DNA of 56,668 nucleotides from a virus (Duplodnaviria; Caudoviricetes): IMG/VR virus record IMGVR_UViG_3300030329_005304, positions 1 to 56,668 of that record; one strand, 5' to 3'. Shown piece by piece: positions 56,147 to 56,668 of this stretch (position 1 is its first letter; each line of letters starts with the position of its first letter). The notes under the pieces were generated by a model. It saw only the letters and a program-made list of their open reading frames with translations, ran no database searches and was not told where the DNA came from. The position numbers and the translations under genes were made by a program.

Positions 56147-56418
56147 GTCGGGTCCTCCTTTTGGTCCTTCTCGTTCAGGGCTGCTCGCCGCTCGCCTGGC
56201 CGCTCTCCTTGAGAGTGGTTTGGCCGCCCGACCTTTCGGTCTACAGACAGCCGCCGCACAAGAGTCTCCACAGACTCAGGCTCATGGTCCCAGGGGTTTC
56301 CTGGGTTAGCCGGGATTCCCCAGACGCCATGCACAAGGCGGCGGGCTCGACCCTGTGCCCGACCACGCTGATGTCGCCGGTACGACAGTCCTCGGCGTTC
56401 AGGCTCGTGCTCATCCAT
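56143..56418 (-). CDS. Arg-rich hypothetical protein
   Basis: AAAGGAG SD after palindrome A. Confidence 0.55.
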   Translation of the reverse strand: MDEHEPERRGLSYRRHQRGRAQGRARRLVHGVWGIPANPGNPWDHEPESVETLVRRLSVDRKVGRPNHSQGERPGERRAALNEKDQKEDPT

Positions 56419-56432
56419 CTCTGTCTCCTTTC

Positions 56433-56448
56433 TGACCACAGGTGGTCA
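56433..56448. promoter_or_regulatory. Palindrome A TGACCACAGGTGGTCA
   Basis: Abuts an SD. Confidence 0.8.
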
Positions 56449-56459
56449 CTGGCTTCTCG

Positions 56460-56668
56460 CTACTCCAGGGTGATTACGCAGTAGGGAATTCCGATCGGAG
56501 TGACCGCCTCGGGATGCCTCTCCTTGAAGTGCGTAGCGACCTCCTCCTGGGTGAAGGACTCGATGTCCTTCCACTCCCGCAACTCGATACGCTCCCTGCA
56601 AAGGGAGCAGGTTGCGTAGGCATCAGGGGCGATGAGCTCGCGGACTGCGGAGTCTATGTCGAAGGACA
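56460..56668 (-). CDS. 3' part of the junction-spanning gene starting at 616
   Basis: In-frame continuation to TAG at 56460-56462. Confidence 0.75.
   Translation of the reverse strand, partial: SFDIDSAVRELIAPDAYATCSLCRERIELREWKDIESFTQEEVATHFKERHPEAVTPIGIPYCVITLE
56570..56667. repeat. Terminal direct repeat, copy 2
   Basis: Identical to 1-98. Confidence 0.95.

Noticed and set aside
1-56668. Apparent excess of TCGA/CTCGAG/GTCGAC words
   Set aside because: Impression only; may reflect codon usage, and needs an observed/expected k-mer computation that was not run.

Overview
The window looks like a complete, circularly assembled tailed-phage genome of about 56.57 kb with high GC. Bases 1-98 repeat at 56570-56667 and one gene reads through the junction. 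The gene content suggests a podovirus (no tail tube, sheath or tape measure recognised), and spanin-like lysis genes suggest a diderm host. Plus-strand arm (about 5.0-39.2 kb): TerL, portal, scaffold, major capsid, tail adaptor/nozzle, putative ejection proteins including a 2314-aa protein, and a lysis module with an M15 endolysin. Minus-strand arm (39.2-56.6 kb, continuing 1-4.4 kb): RuvC, SSB-like, Sak4-like ATPase, Cas4-like nuclease, DnaB, replication initiator, C5 DNA methyltransferase, Mom-like protein, gp88-like protein and many small early genes. No integrase, DNA/RNA polymerase, tRNA or CRISPR was recognised. Most notable: (1) two tandem paralogues upstream of the packaging genes share near-identical N- and C-terminal modules around unrelated central domains, one GNAT-like and one ADP-ribosyltransferase-like, which suggests a swappable effector-cargo system; (2) 13 copies of the palindrome TGACCAC-NN-GTGGTCA plus a second family ACCCAA-NN-TTGGGT occur in the early arm, mostly directly 5' of Shine-Dalgarno sequences; (3) a long structured leader with a micro-uORF follows the putative main early promoter. 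All family calls are by motif recognition by eye; no database search was run.
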